From positions 3,930,001 through 3,962,000 of the forward strand of contig NZ_CP074694.1 in assembly GCF_018398935.1 (NCBI RefSeq): a stretch of 32,000 bases of DNA, written 5' to 3'. Positions 15,855-25,566 of this stretch are shown one piece after another. The notes beneath the pieces are model-generated. The model saw nothing but the letters and a program-made list of their open reading frames with translations. It was not told the origin of the DNA and made no database searches. Every line of letters begins with the position of its first letter. Within the stretch, counting starts at the first letter, position 1. This DNA comes from Telmatocola sphagniphila (GTDB taxonomy: Bacteria; Planctomycetota; Planctomycetia; Gemmatales; Gemmataceae). A program made the translations under genes and the position numbers.

Positions 15855-18800
15855 CTATTTGTTCGCTGTTACATTGAAATATCCCTGGCCATCATAAAGC
15901 GCTTCACCTTTGCCATCCGTGACTTTGTAAGCGATGAAAAGACTTGTAACCTGGAAATCATGCACCTCGCGGGGTACAATCGATACCTTATAAAACTTTC
16001 CTCCGTTGGAGTGAGTCCAGACGTACTCGTTTCCAGGTGATCCGTCTGGGTTTTTTATTCGTTCCATATTCTGGATGGAATAACCATCCCAGTCACCAGT
16101 TCCCTTTTTCCCATCCCATCGAATGATGATTTTAGACTTTGTTTCCGACATTCCTTGCGAAGTTCTGAGAGAATTCTTGTACCAGCCTTCCCAAATTCCT
16201 GAAGGATTTGAAAAATCGGCATTGTCCAATTTCGCTGACTTGTTTCGGGGCAAGGATACTAGTAGGCCTCCGAGGTCTACGAGTCGTTTTCTTCGAGATT
16301 CCCAGTCCTCGGCTGCTAAGATGTGCACTTCGCCTGTATTGTCGAGTTCGCATCCGGTGAGGATTTGTGACCATAGCACGACCTTTTCCACTTCCCCTTC
16401 AACGGGATGGGGAACCTCCCAGATACGAGTTTTCTGATCGGCACAACCCGTTAGAAGTATTCTCTGGTCTGGGCTGAACGCGCCACTAAAAATCCGGTCC
16501 GGATGTCGTAGTACAGGCCCGATGGGTTTACCGTTTATAGCCTCAAAAAGGAACATTTCGCCTCCGGCGGATCCGACCAAAACGATGCGTCCGTCCGGGC
16601 TGAATTCCTGAACAACTGAAACTCCCGAATAAGATAGGGTTATTGATTGACCGTTTGAAACTTTCCATAGATACGCAGCAGAATTAGATGTAGTCAGCAG
16701 CGTCTTCCCATCGGGGCTAAATCGGCAGCTCCAGACAGAGTTTCCGTGCTCCAGCGGCTTCCCAATCACTTCACCAGTGTGCTTGTTCCAGATCTGAGCG
16801 TTACCATCGATGCCAGCAGTAGCAAACGTTACACCATCGGGACTGAAATCGACGCCAAAGACACCTTGTTTACTAAGAATTCTTTCGGGTGTGTCCGGTC
16901 TGTTCTTATCCCAAAGATAGGCTGATCGATCTTGGCAAGAAGTGAGAATTTTTCGACCATCGGGACTGATCGATAGCCCAAGTATTGGGCTGGAGTGCTT
17001 GAATTTGCCAGTCGCCATTGTGTTAGTCTTGTCATTTACCACACTCGATATCGGATTCAATTGCTGTCCGCTAGCCAAATTCCAGCATTTGATCTCGCCA
17101 CCGGAGGTTCCTGCTAGAATCGCATTGTCTTTTGGGTTTATCGCCAGGCAGCGAACAATATCACCGCTTTTATACCCTAAGGGATCTCCAATTCGCTCTT
17201 GCGTGGAAGTATTCCAGCGCTGAATGCCTGATCTACCTGCCGTGATCGCGATTTTACCGTCGGTGCTATATTTCAAAGCCTCCACAATTTCCGCGCAAGG
17301 GAGATGGCCAGCGACTTCTCTAGCATCCAATTCCCAAAGCTGCACAGATGAGCCATCAAAGGATAAAATCCTGAACTGACTGTTCGAGTAATTAGTGATG
17401 TCTCCAAGCTGGCCGCGAAAATTCAGGGCAGGCCCCAGTCGCTCTCCGCTCGCTGGATCCCAAATCTGAGCGGTTTTATCGGTGCATGTCGTAAGGATCG
17501 ATTTGCTATCAGCACTAAACCTTGCCAACCCGATCGGAGCATCCAGACTCAAACTGGCAGTTGAAAATGGCTTACCTGAGTGGGCATCCCAGAGTCGAAT
17601 CACCTTTCCCAGACCGTAAGTCATCAAAATATTGTCATTGGGACTTAGAAATACGTACAGTACTTTGAAGTCGTGAACCATCGTTTCTCCAAATGGTTCA
17701 AGTGTGAGCGCATCTAGGAGACGGACGGTTCCATCTATGCTGCTGCATATTATCAATTTGCCATCCCCGCTGAATACGGAATGGCTCACCGGTTTAGTAA
17801 ACGGCCGGGTGTTCTTTAGTAATTTCCCCGAAAATGCATCGTATAGTCGGACTTCGCCTTCTCTCCCTGTCACCAAAATCCTTTTTCCATCCGGACTAAA
17901 ATTTTGGTCAAAGATAGTTATCTCTGGATCTTGAAGATCCAGGATCACTTGATCGCTTTCCACGTCCCGACATTGCAACCAGTCTACTTTGGTGTTTTGC
18001 CGCTTGAAAAGAATCTTTCGACCATCGGGACTGAGAATGGCTTTCGTAAGCAGATTGTGGCGCACAAGTGGACCAATAGGCAGGCCGGTACGTGCATCCC
18101 AGACTTGGGTAGTCCCGGTTTCTGTAACGAGTTCTTGACCGGTCGTGACGATTCTCTTATTGTCAGATGAGAAACTTGCCAGAACTATGGGATGTTGCAT
18201 CTGCATGCGACCGATTGTCTCTCCCGTATCAATTTGCCAGAGTCGGGCAGTGCCATCGAATCCCCCCGTAACCACAGTTTTTCCGTCTGGACTGAACAGG
18301 GCTAAGGTAACTTTGTGGCCGTGTGGATAATTCGCTTTCAGGGGCTGAACTTGTTGGAGCCAAGCAGAGAGGTTAGTTCGGACGAACCACTGCAAGTCAT
18401 CATCATCGGGACTGGCCATTTCGAGGCTTCGACCATACCAGAGTAAAGCCAAAGCGGCATCTCTTTTTTCACCGAAGGATTGCCCCCTCTCCGCAGCTAA
18501 CCGAGCCGAAAGTGATGTAAAATGGCTTGCTCGCTCTCGGGCGATTTCCGTCAGTTGCTTTTCTTGCCGAAGACTTTCTGTCGCTAGTTTTTGTTCTTTT
18601 GCGCTCCGGGATTGCTCAAAGGCATATGCCAATGACGCGATCATCGCGCCGATCATTGCTACAATGGCAAAAGCCCCGGTTGCCGCCAAATAAGGATCCC
18701 GACGACACCAGCGCCCAAATTTTTCGATGCGTCCCGCGGGACGAGCGTAAATCGTCTCACCGCTGAGGTAGCGATTCAGATCTTCGGCTAGTTCAGTTCC

Positions 18801-20054
18801 ACTGCCATACCGATTCCCAGGTTCCTTATTGAGACACTTCAGACAAATTGTCTCAAGGTCCTTGGGAACTGCAGGATTGAGTTCGCGGACGGAAACTGGT
18901 TCACGACTACGAACTTGATCGAGAGTTTCCAAAATTGTCGCGCCGCGGAAAGGAGGACGACCGGTCAATACTTCGTATAAAATGGCACCGAGTGCATAGA
19001 TGTCCGCAGGGGGACCGACTCGCTTAGCTTCACCCAGCGCCTGCTCCGGGGCCATGTAGGAGGGCGTACCGATTACGGTACCTGTATGGGTCTGGCCGCC
19101 ATCCTGATCAATGAGCTTAGCAAGACCGAAGTCCGTAACTTTCGGCGTACCATCCGCCGCGAACAGGACATTGGCAGGCTTCAAATCGCGATGCAAAATG
19201 CCACGATCGTGAGCAGATTGAATTGCCTGCGCCAGGACTACTACAAGAGAGGCCGCCGTAAGTGGCGGCTGAGGAACACCACTTAACTTCTCAGCGAGGG
19301 ATCCGCCTTCGCAGTATTCCAGAGTGAAAAACGGTAAGCCATCATGATCGCCTGCCTCGAAAACCTGAACAATATTAGGATGACTAAGCCTTCCTACCGC
19401 CTCGGCTTCACTTCTGAAGCGATCCAGTCCATCTGATATCGCTCGATTACTCCGAAGAAGCATTTTCAGTGCGACTATTCTGTTCGGTCGCAACTGCCGA
19501 GCCCGATAAACGACACCCATTCCACCGCGGCCAATTTCTTCAAATACTTCATAATTGCCAAACGATTCTAATTTTTGGGAATCTGCATTTGGAGAGTCAG
19601 ATTTCAATTGATTCGTATGTGCGCTCACCCATGTCTCAAGAACCGATTCGGAAGCCAGATCCTGCAAAGTACTCACAAAGTCAGGAAAACGGTGGCAATA
19701 CTCTTCGAATTCAGGCCGAGTACTGAATTGACGTCGTACTCGATATTCTTGATGAATCAGTCGGCGACAAATCAGCGGTTGATTCAGACTTGGGAATCGA
19801 TGCAAGTAGTCTTCGACCTTGGGATTAGCTTCGACTGACTCACAACTCGCGTCGGCTTGGCCTGATCGCTTCCAACGAAACTCCATATCAACCAGAACAA
19901 GTTCTTCGAGTGTCGGAAGGTAAAGCGGGCTGTTGGCTTCGGGCAAGTACTTCTCGAGAGCTTCGATAATCCCTTGTATCCAAGATCGCTCGAATTTTCG
20001 AACCGCATCTTCATCTAGAGTTCGGAAATCGGCATCTTGTTGCACCGCTATCAC
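15855..20054 (-). CDS. Ser/Thr protein kinase with a TM segment and a long WD40 beta-propeller region, 1399 aa
   Basis: Kinase motifs are GRGGMGVVYRA, HRDLKPANVLF, DFGLAK and GTPSYMAPEQ. A TM helix is present (LAATGAFAIVAMIGAMIASLAYAF). There are many WD40-like units (SPDGK..., ...LWD/IWD). The track start is a GTG, so the exact start is uncertain. Confidence 0.9.
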   Translation of the reverse strand: MIAVQQDADFRTLDEDAVRKFERSWIQGIIEALEKYLPEANSPLYLPTLEELVLVDMEFRWKRSGQADASCESVEANPKVEDYLHRFPSLNQPLICRRLIHQEYRVRRQFSTRPEFEEYCHRFPDFVSTLQDLASESVLETWVSAHTNQLKSDSPNADSQKLESFGNYEVFEEIGRGGMGVVYRARQLRPNRIVALKMLLRSNRAISDGLDRFRSEAEAVGRLSHPNIVQVFEAGDHDGLPFFTLEYCEGGSLAEKLSGVPQPPLTAASLVVVLAQAIQSAHDRGILHRDLKPANVLFAADGTPKVTDFGLAKLIDQDGGQTHTGTVIGTPSYMAPEQALGEAKRVGPPADIYALGAILYEVLTGRPPFRGATILETLDQVRSREPVSVRELNPAVPKDLETICLKCLNKEPGNRYGSGTELAEDLNRYLSGETIYARPAGRIEKFGRWCRRDPYLAATGAFAIVAMIGAMIASLAYAFEQSRSAKEQKLATESLRQEKQLTEIARERASHFTSLSARLAAERGQSFGEKRDAALALLWYGRSLEMASPDDDDLQWFVRTNLSAWLQQVQPLKANYPHGHKVTLALFSPDGKTVVTGGFDGTARLWQIDTGETIGRMQMQHPIVLASFSSDNKRIVTTGQELVTETGTTQVWDARTGLPIGPLVRHNLLTKAILSPDGRKILFKRQNTKVDWLQCRDVESDQVILDLQDPEITIFDQNFSPDGKRILVTGREGEVRLYDAFSGKLLKNTRPFTKPVSHSVFSGDGKLIICSSIDGTVRLLDALTLEPFGETMVHDFKVLYVFLSPNDNILMTYGLGKVIRLWDAHSGKPFSTASLSLDAPIGLARFSADSKSILTTCTDKTAQIWDPASGERLGPALNFRGQLGDITNYSNSQFRILSFDGSSVQLWELDAREVAGHLPCAEIVEALKYSTDGKIAITAGRSGIQRWNTSTQERIGDPLGYKSGDIVRCLAINPKDNAILAGTSGGEIKCWNLASGQQLNPISSVVNDKTNTMATGKFKHSSPILGLSISPDGRKILTSCQDRSAYLWDKNRPDTPERILSKQGVFGVDFSPDGVTFATAGIDGNAQIWNKHTGEVIGKPLEHGNSVWSCRFSPDGKTLLTTSNSAAYLWKVSNGQSITLSYSGVSVVQEFSPDGRIVLVGSAGGEMFLFEAINGKPIGPVLRHPDRIFSGAFSPDQRILLTGCADQKTRIWEVPHPVEGEVEKVVLWSQILTGCELDNTGEVHILAAEDWESRRKRLVDLGGLLVSLPRNKSAKLDNADFSNPSGIWEGWYKNSLRTSQGMSETKSKIIIRWDGKKGTGDWDGYSIQNMERIKNPDGSPGNEYVWTHSNGGKFYKVSIVPREVHDFQVTSLFIAYKVTDGKGEALYDGQGYFNVTANK

Positions 20055-20608
20055 CCCAGGATGGGCCTGCAGTTGTCACACTTTTAAGATATTCTCAAAT
20101 GTTTTGATCAGTCTAGTCTCTGGAAATTCACCAGACAATCGAAATGTAGCACTGGAAGTAGGTCTTTCTGGTAGAAATGAATCAATGGTCGGATACCTTG
20201 AGTCTGCAACGAGAAGCCCTTTTGGCTAGGACTTTTAGAAGTTGCCGATAGTCGGATTTTCTCATTCCTAAAGCAATTTCCCTGTCGAAAAATACCTATC
20301 GAAATTTGGAATGCGAAATGCTTTGTTAGTATCCGCCCAAACAAAGAAATACAAAATTTTAAGTGTTTTTTTAGTGCTGTCAGAAGAATCTCCGTGTCCT
20401 GCGAATTAGGGACGGAGCCAAGTTTATGTGGTTTAGAGTCTCTGCCAAAATGAGATAAATTGCCGCATTCTTATGGCATATCTCACCATTTCGACCATGC
20501 TGGCACAGCCTCTTAGTCGGTTAGGTTAGAGCGAGAAAATTGTTTTCAAACTAATTCAGTCGAACCGACTCTATTTGCAAAGTCACTTTCGTTTATTTTT
20601 TTATCTCA

Positions 20609-22621
20609 TTAAGGTTCAACCCCCAACGCTCGCAGATTCTGCTTGGCGTCCCTGCTACCTTGAGAGGATGCTCGAAGATACCACGAAATTGCCTCCGCCC
20701 GATTGCGTTCGACTCCCAGCCCATTAAGATAGAGCACTCCCAAGTTATTCTGTGCTTGTGCACAGCCTTGTTTGGCCGCTCTGCGATACCAATCCAACGC
20801 TTTTTCGTAGTCGACTTGAACACCGTAACCCTGTTGAAACATGAAACCGATATTATTTTGAGCAATCGCAAGTCCTTGATCGGCTGCCTTACGATACCAG
20901 AGAAGTGCTTTAGCGTAATCTTTTTGCACACCTTCACCAAATAGGTATCGATTTCCTAATTCCACTTGGGATTTAGCAAATCCTTGATTCGCCGCCAGCT
21001 GATACCATTTCACCGCCATCTCTTCGTTCCGTTGGGATTTCGGGCCTTGCATAGCCATCCATCCCAAATAGTTAAAACCTTCCGGACAACCCTGGTCACC
21101 AGCTTTCTGGAAGTACTGTGCGGCTTGCAGTTCGTCCTGTTCAACTCCGGCTCCGTCCAGATAAGCGAGGCCCATCTGGACCTGGGCCATTGCATCTCCT
21201 TGCTCGGCGGCACTTCGGAATAGCTTCACTGCCTCGGTCACGTTTTTCAACTCTCCTTTTGCGGAGCGGTAGACTCGACCTAGATCAACCATTGCGGATG
21301 GTAAGTTTTGAGCCGCGGCATGACGATAGTAGTCGATCGCTTTCTCCAAATCGCGGGGTACGCCTTCACCCTTTTCAAAAAGATGTCCTACTTCACGTTG
21401 TGCAACTGCGCATCCTTGACTAGCTGCTTGCAAAAACCACTCGGCCGACTTGGTCGCGCTTTGTTCTATGCCTTCGCCTTTCAGATACATGAAGCCCAGC
21501 CAGTACTGACCGAGGGCATTGCCTTGTTCTGCAGCTTTGCGATACCAGCTAAATGCAGCTGAAAAATCTTGAACTCCACCGAGACCGCGTCGATACATAT
21601 CCGCCAATTGCACCTGAGAGTTAGGCATTCCTTGTTCAGCTGCTTTGAGCAGCCATGCTCGAGACAAATTATCGTCCTTCTTAACACCCGCACCTTTGGA
21701 GTATGCGTAACCAAGTATGTCTTGAGCTTTTACATCGTTTTGAATTGCTGCCCGATGAGCCCAAACAATCGACTGCTCCTCGTTCCGATCGACCCCTTCA
21801 CCCATCTGATAGAGAGAAGCTAGTTCCACTTGCGCCCATGCCTCGCCTTGCATGGCTTTCTCACGAACCGATTGAACGAAGTAAGAAGCAGCTGGGCGAA
21901 CCGCAAGTGAAATTTGCGTTTGCAAACCTTCTCCATTTCTCATCAAAACCACTGTAATTTGCTGACTGGCTTTAAACTTTGCAAGTGCTGGTGAGAGTTG
22001 ATCGACGTTCTGGATCCAGTTATCATTAATTTTGAGCACAATATCTCCTCTCCGGAATCCTGCTTTATCTGCAGGACTACCGGGGTAGATCCCCACCAGC
22101 AGGGCACCCACTGGACGAGGTAGTTTCATTTCACTTGCTAAAAGTTCCGAAACAGGGCGGATTGACACTCCCAGCCAACCCGGTGATGTCATCCTGTTTT
22201 GCGGGACCTGATTCCGCTCTGTAGAACCTCCGCTCTTTGAGAGCGATGAGTCCTCATTTGCTGAAGAAGTCGTAGGAAGTGTACGCATTTGTTGTCCTGG
22301 GACAACTTTGTCTCTGGCCTGATCGATTGTCACCAGAATCGAACCATCACCCGTGTCTAAAACGTGGCCAGTTGCCACAATTTCCTCGATCGAGTTTGAT
22401 TGAATCGAAAGGATTGCCACACCGTCGCCAACTTTGAGTGTGCCGGAAGTAACACTGGCTTTTGCTGTTTTACCGATCACTTCGACAATTTTGGCATCGG
22501 CTGCTGTAGCAGAACAAGAGAAATGAACGATAGTGGCCAGTGTCAGGAGATAGCGGGCGACCCGATTACTTCGTCGGGTGCAGGCTTGAACAATAGGGAA
22601 TTGCAGCATTTGAAAGTTCAT
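20609..22621 (-). CDS. Secreted PDZ-domain plus Sel1/TPR-like repeat protein, 670 aa
   Basis: It has an N-terminal hydrophobic signal-like segment and a PDZ-like block (GWLGVSIRPV...GSPADKAGFRRGDIVLKIN). About 11 Sel1-type repeats follow (A..WYRKAAEQG...AQ..LG.MY..G.GV..D). Confidence 0.85.
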   Translation of the reverse strand: MNFQMLQFPIVQACTRRSNRVARYLLTLATIVHFSCSATAADAKIVEVIGKTAKASVTSGTLKVGDGVAILSIQSNSIEEIVATGHVLDTGDGSILVTIDQARDKVVPGQQMRTLPTTSSANEDSSLSKSGGSTERNQVPQNRMTSPGWLGVSIRPVSELLASEMKLPRPVGALLVGIYPGSPADKAGFRRGDIVLKINDNWIQNVDQLSPALAKFKASQQITVVLMRNGEGLQTQISLAVRPAASYFVQSVREKAMQGEAWAQVELASLYQMGEGVDRNEEQSIVWAHRAAIQNDVKAQDILGYAYSKGAGVKKDDNLSRAWLLKAAEQGMPNSQVQLADMYRRGLGGVQDFSAAFSWYRKAAEQGNALGQYWLGFMYLKGEGIEQSATKSAEWFLQAASQGCAVAQREVGHLFEKGEGVPRDLEKAIDYYRHAAAQNLPSAMVDLGRVYRSAKGELKNVTEAVKLFRSAAEQGDAMAQVQMGLAYLDGAGVEQDELQAAQYFQKAGDQGCPEGFNYLGWMAMQGPKSQRNEEMAVKWYQLAANQGFAKSQVELGNRYLFGEGVQKDYAKALLWYRKAADQGLAIAQNNIGFMFQQGYGVQVDYEKALDWYRRAAKQGCAQAQNNLGVLYLNGLGVERNRAEAISWYLRASSQGSRDAKQNLRALGVEP

Positions 22622-22832
22622 GGTTCTTTCCTTCGAGTGAGTCGGATAAGAATGCTTTACTTCAGTAGGTTTGAGTCAGCTCAACAAAGTCAATTGTTTG
22701 ACAAGCAGGATCGACTTCAGTTGACTGCTAAGTAGAGAAGTGCCATATGAAGATCAAAACGGACAAAATTATTTGAAAAACAGATGGTCAGCATCAAGAA
22801 ATGAAGATGCGACCACCTGTTTACATTGAAAC

Positions 22833-25145
22833 TCATCTATGATGTCCGGAATTGCCCCCTAGAAAAGCTCCAGCGATCGATAACGCAGCGCGTCCCCAAT
22901 CTACGTCGTGACTCATTCCGCCACCGTGAGAGCCGTTTTGATAATGAGAACCGCTTGAATAATTTGGAACAGAATAATGCTGAGCCAGCGCGGCCTGATA
23001 TTGCTGCTGCTGAAGGGCGGCATTGTAGTATGCAACTTCTTCCTGGTAGCGAGCGACCGCAGCCGCGTAATCCTGCTGCTGCTTTACGGCCGCATTGTAT
23101 CGTGCCAGATCGGCCTGATAACGAGCGACCGCAGCCGCGTAATCCTGCTGCTGTTTAACGGCCGCATTGTATCGTGCCAGATCGGCCTGATAACGAGCGA
23201 CCGCAGCCGCGTAATTTTTTTGTTGTTGGACAGCTAGATTCCTTGCCGCAGTCGCTTCACGCTCAGCCTGCTCACGTTTGGTGAGCGCTTGATCGATCTC
23301 TTTGGATTTGCAGATAATGGTCATATCCGTATCGCCCTTCGTGCAATTTTCGTCTTTGCCATCGCCTTTCCCATGCCCCGGATTCGACTTGTCGATAATT
23401 TCAATCACGGCATCGATTATCCCTGGCTTGCAAGCATGAGGAATCTCAGGAATTTTGAAGGGAGTCATGGAAGATCCGCCGCCGAATCCGGTCACTATTC
23501 CTCGCGGTGGCGAGACTGGTCCGAGAGGAATGGAAAAGTGCCCGCGATCGTCATGTCGAGGTGTTGGATTTGGTAGCATTACCGGCGCAGGCGTCGCGGG
23601 CGGCGGTGCCGCCGGGGCACGCGTTTCAGTTGTAGGGTTGGGCAACGGAACCGGGACCGGCGCGTTCGGTACAGGTGCAGGAGGGGTCGCGGGCGCCGGG
23701 TTGGTGGTCGGCATCGGAAGAGGCATCGGCGCCGGCACGGGGGCCGACGGTTGCGCGGGGTTGTCCTGGCAAAGGCAAAACCCGGCTCGAATGCTCTCCC
23801 GCACGCGCTCAAGCGCTTTGATAGCATCCGGATCTTTCTCTTTCTCTCGCTTAAGAATCCAAGTGATGAAGTTGTCGAGGACCGGACCGGGCTCATTGTC
23901 ACCGTATTGCGTCCAGAATAAATTGTCAGCGCTACCAGTGCGTTGCGTTCCTCCCGGGATTCGCGGTGGTCCCGAAAATACAACTCCGGGGGCAACATAC
24001 TGGATGTGAGTGTAAGCGGGGATGCTGAACTTCTCGCTGACTGGCTGAATGTCGCGGAGTTTGACACGCTTGTCGTCCAATGTGCTCACCCCGTCCCCGG
24101 TGTTCGTGGAATCGTCCCTTTTCTGCAAATAATCGTTCATGAACTTTTCGATAGCAGCGATGCAGCTTGCCTTGACTGTGCCAGGCTTGTCCGATTCCTC
24201 TAGCGACCCGGGAGCTTTGCCTTTATAACCGTCGTCGGCCAGTGCATTGACCAGGCCCTCGGCGAACGCTTTTTCCTTTTCGGTGTCCTTCACCCCAAAT
24301 GAAGTGAATTGGCCTTTGCTGCCCTGGATGAAATCGTCGGAACGAAGTTCAGTAAGAACTCTTCTGACAGCATTTTTGTACCAATCCTTGTGGTTGGCTG
24401 TATAGTCCGGTTCGTGGCCCTGCAGCGAGTGTCCAATCCACGGATTAGGTGGGTGAACGTAGGAGTCAAGGAGCATGTGGAGATACTGACCGATCAGGAT
24501 CAATTTGTATTTTTGCACAACGTCCTCGGGCCAACCTTGATCCTTCATTTTGGCCAGTTCAAACTTGATGTACTGCTTCCAGGGTTTGTCCAGACTCGGC
24601 GCGCCTCCTTTCTCGTGGCGTGCGTCGTCCTTAGGCTCATCCTGATATAACGCATGGTAAAATACACCCCGACCGATTCGACCGAAATCGCCGCCACCGG
24701 TATTGAAGACGAGCTGATCGAGAGCAGGATCGTTCTTATCACAGAGTTTCTTCGCCATCGGTGAGTGTAAAGCTGTGTGAGTAGCTAAGACGGTCTTGAC
24801 GTACTCCCAATAGGTGGGGTTTGCGCTCGGTAACGCCGTGGTGGTGTCATTCATGTCCAAACTCCAGCAACCATCCGAAAGGATCTTGGCCTCTTCCGGC
24901 GTGTAGCCCACTGCGATGGCCATGGTATACGTCAGGTAGCGATGTTCCGGCTCATCGCCGGCGTGGACAGATGGAATGATTAAGAGCCAAATCGAGAAAA
25001 AGCAAAGAGTGGATAACGGATTCAATAAGTGACACTTGAAAAATCGCCTACTGTTTATGGTTTGGTGGACACCATGTTCAGATTTACATGGCCTGTTACG
25101 GGATATCCCGAGACTCCGCAAACAAAGAACTGGAAATCGATTCAT
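22833..25145 (-). CDS. Secreted multidomain protein, 770 aa: His/Asp-motif N-domain, Pro-rich linker and Q/A-rich tandem-repeat C-terminus
   Basis: I prefer the ATG at 25145 (GGGAGA upstream) over the track GTG at 25199. The signal-like segment is LSTLCFFSIWLLIIPSVHA. Other elements are IGQYLHMLLDSYVHPPNPWIGHSLQGHEPDY, a roughly 70-aa PAPxP-rich linker, and the repeat YAAAVARYQADLARYNAAVKQQQD. Confidence 0.7.
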   Translation of the reverse strand: MNRFPVLCLRSLGISRNRPCKSEHGVHQTINSRRFFKCHLLNPLSTLCFFSIWLLIIPSVHAGDEPEHRYLTYTMAIAVGYTPEEAKILSDGCWSLDMNDTTTALPSANPTYWEYVKTVLATHTALHSPMAKKLCDKNDPALDQLVFNTGGGDFGRIGRGVFYHALYQDEPKDDARHEKGGAPSLDKPWKQYIKFELAKMKDQGWPEDVVQKYKLILIGQYLHMLLDSYVHPPNPWIGHSLQGHEPDYTANHKDWYKNAVRRVLTELRSDDFIQGSKGQFTSFGVKDTEKEKAFAEGLVNALADDGYKGKAPGSLEESDKPGTVKASCIAAIEKFMNDYLQKRDDSTNTGDGVSTLDDKRVKLRDIQPVSEKFSIPAYTHIQYVAPGVVFSGPPRIPGGTQRTGSADNLFWTQYGDNEPGPVLDNFITWILKREKEKDPDAIKALERVRESIRAGFCLCQDNPAQPSAPVPAPMPLPMPTTNPAPATPPAPVPNAPVPVPLPNPTTETRAPAAPPPATPAPVMLPNPTPRHDDRGHFSIPLGPVSPPRGIVTGFGGGSSMTPFKIPEIPHACKPGIIDAVIEIIDKSNPGHGKGDGKDENCTKGDTDMTIICKSKEIDQALTKREQAEREATAARNLAVQQQKNYAAAVARYQADLARYNAAVKQQQDYAAAVARYQADLARYNAAVKQQQDYAAAVARYQEEVAYYNAALQQQQYQAALAQHYSVPNYSSGSHYQNGSHGGGMSHDVDWGRAALSIAGAFLGGNSGHHR
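22979..23230. repeat. 72-bp (24-codon) tandem repeat, about 3.5 copies, in frame within the 770-aa gene
   Basis: GAGCGACCGCAGCCGCGTAA starts at 23051, 23123 and 23195, giving a period of 72. Copies 23051-23122 and 23123-23194 are near-identical. The flanking copies are degenerate. Confidence 0.85.
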
Positions 25146-25566
25146 AGTTTCTCCCTGGTTCAAGTGAAAATCGTTATTACTTTGGCAATCGGTGAACACA
25201 CTTCGGTGTTTAGTGGTACCAAGCTCTATCGAATAATTGCCATTTCCTTCCAGAAGTGGTCAAACTTGCCAAGTATTCCGCAATGCAATTTTCTCTAACT
25301 CGATGTGCAAAAGTCTCCAGGTATCCCACGACGATGAAAGTACCACTCAGCAGATGTCGGGGTATCCTTTGAGAGTCGATGAGAATGGGAGACTTGCTAA
25401 CTTCTTTGAAACTGATTGGCCCATGCAAATGCGAGGAAGCAATCAAGCTGGAAGATGGAGTTAACTTGGAGATAGATTTGGCAAGCGTGAAAAAGAATTT
25501 GTCGATTACAAATCAGCCCCTTTTGGAGGCTGATGAGATTTAAATTTTAGATATTCTACCCAAGGT

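Noticed and set aside
20055-20608. I checked the 550-bp AT-rich gap between the kinase and the PDZ-Sel1 gene for tRNA, sRNA or small genes (including ORF 20108..20344).
   Set aside because: I saw no tRNA-like T-arm or cloverleaf and no convincing hairpin plus T-tract. The 78-aa ORF has an implausible composition. The gap is most simply a promoter/UTR region for the kinase gene.
20593-20944. ORFs 20593..20940 (-) and 20660..20944 (+) overlap the 3' end of the Sel1 gene.
   Set aside because: They are alternative frames of a region that reads as canonical Sel1 repeats in the 670-aa frame.
22979-23230. I asked whether the 72-bp repeats could be a CRISPR-like array.
   Set aside because: The units are directly adjacent with no unique spacers and are in frame within a coding sequence. 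No cas genes are present in the window.
22826-23237. Plus-strand ORFs 22826..23158 and 22977..23237 contain internally repeated peptides.
   Set aside because: They are antisense shadows of the 72-bp tandem repeat within the 770-aa minus-strand gene. Their repetition is inherited from that repeat.
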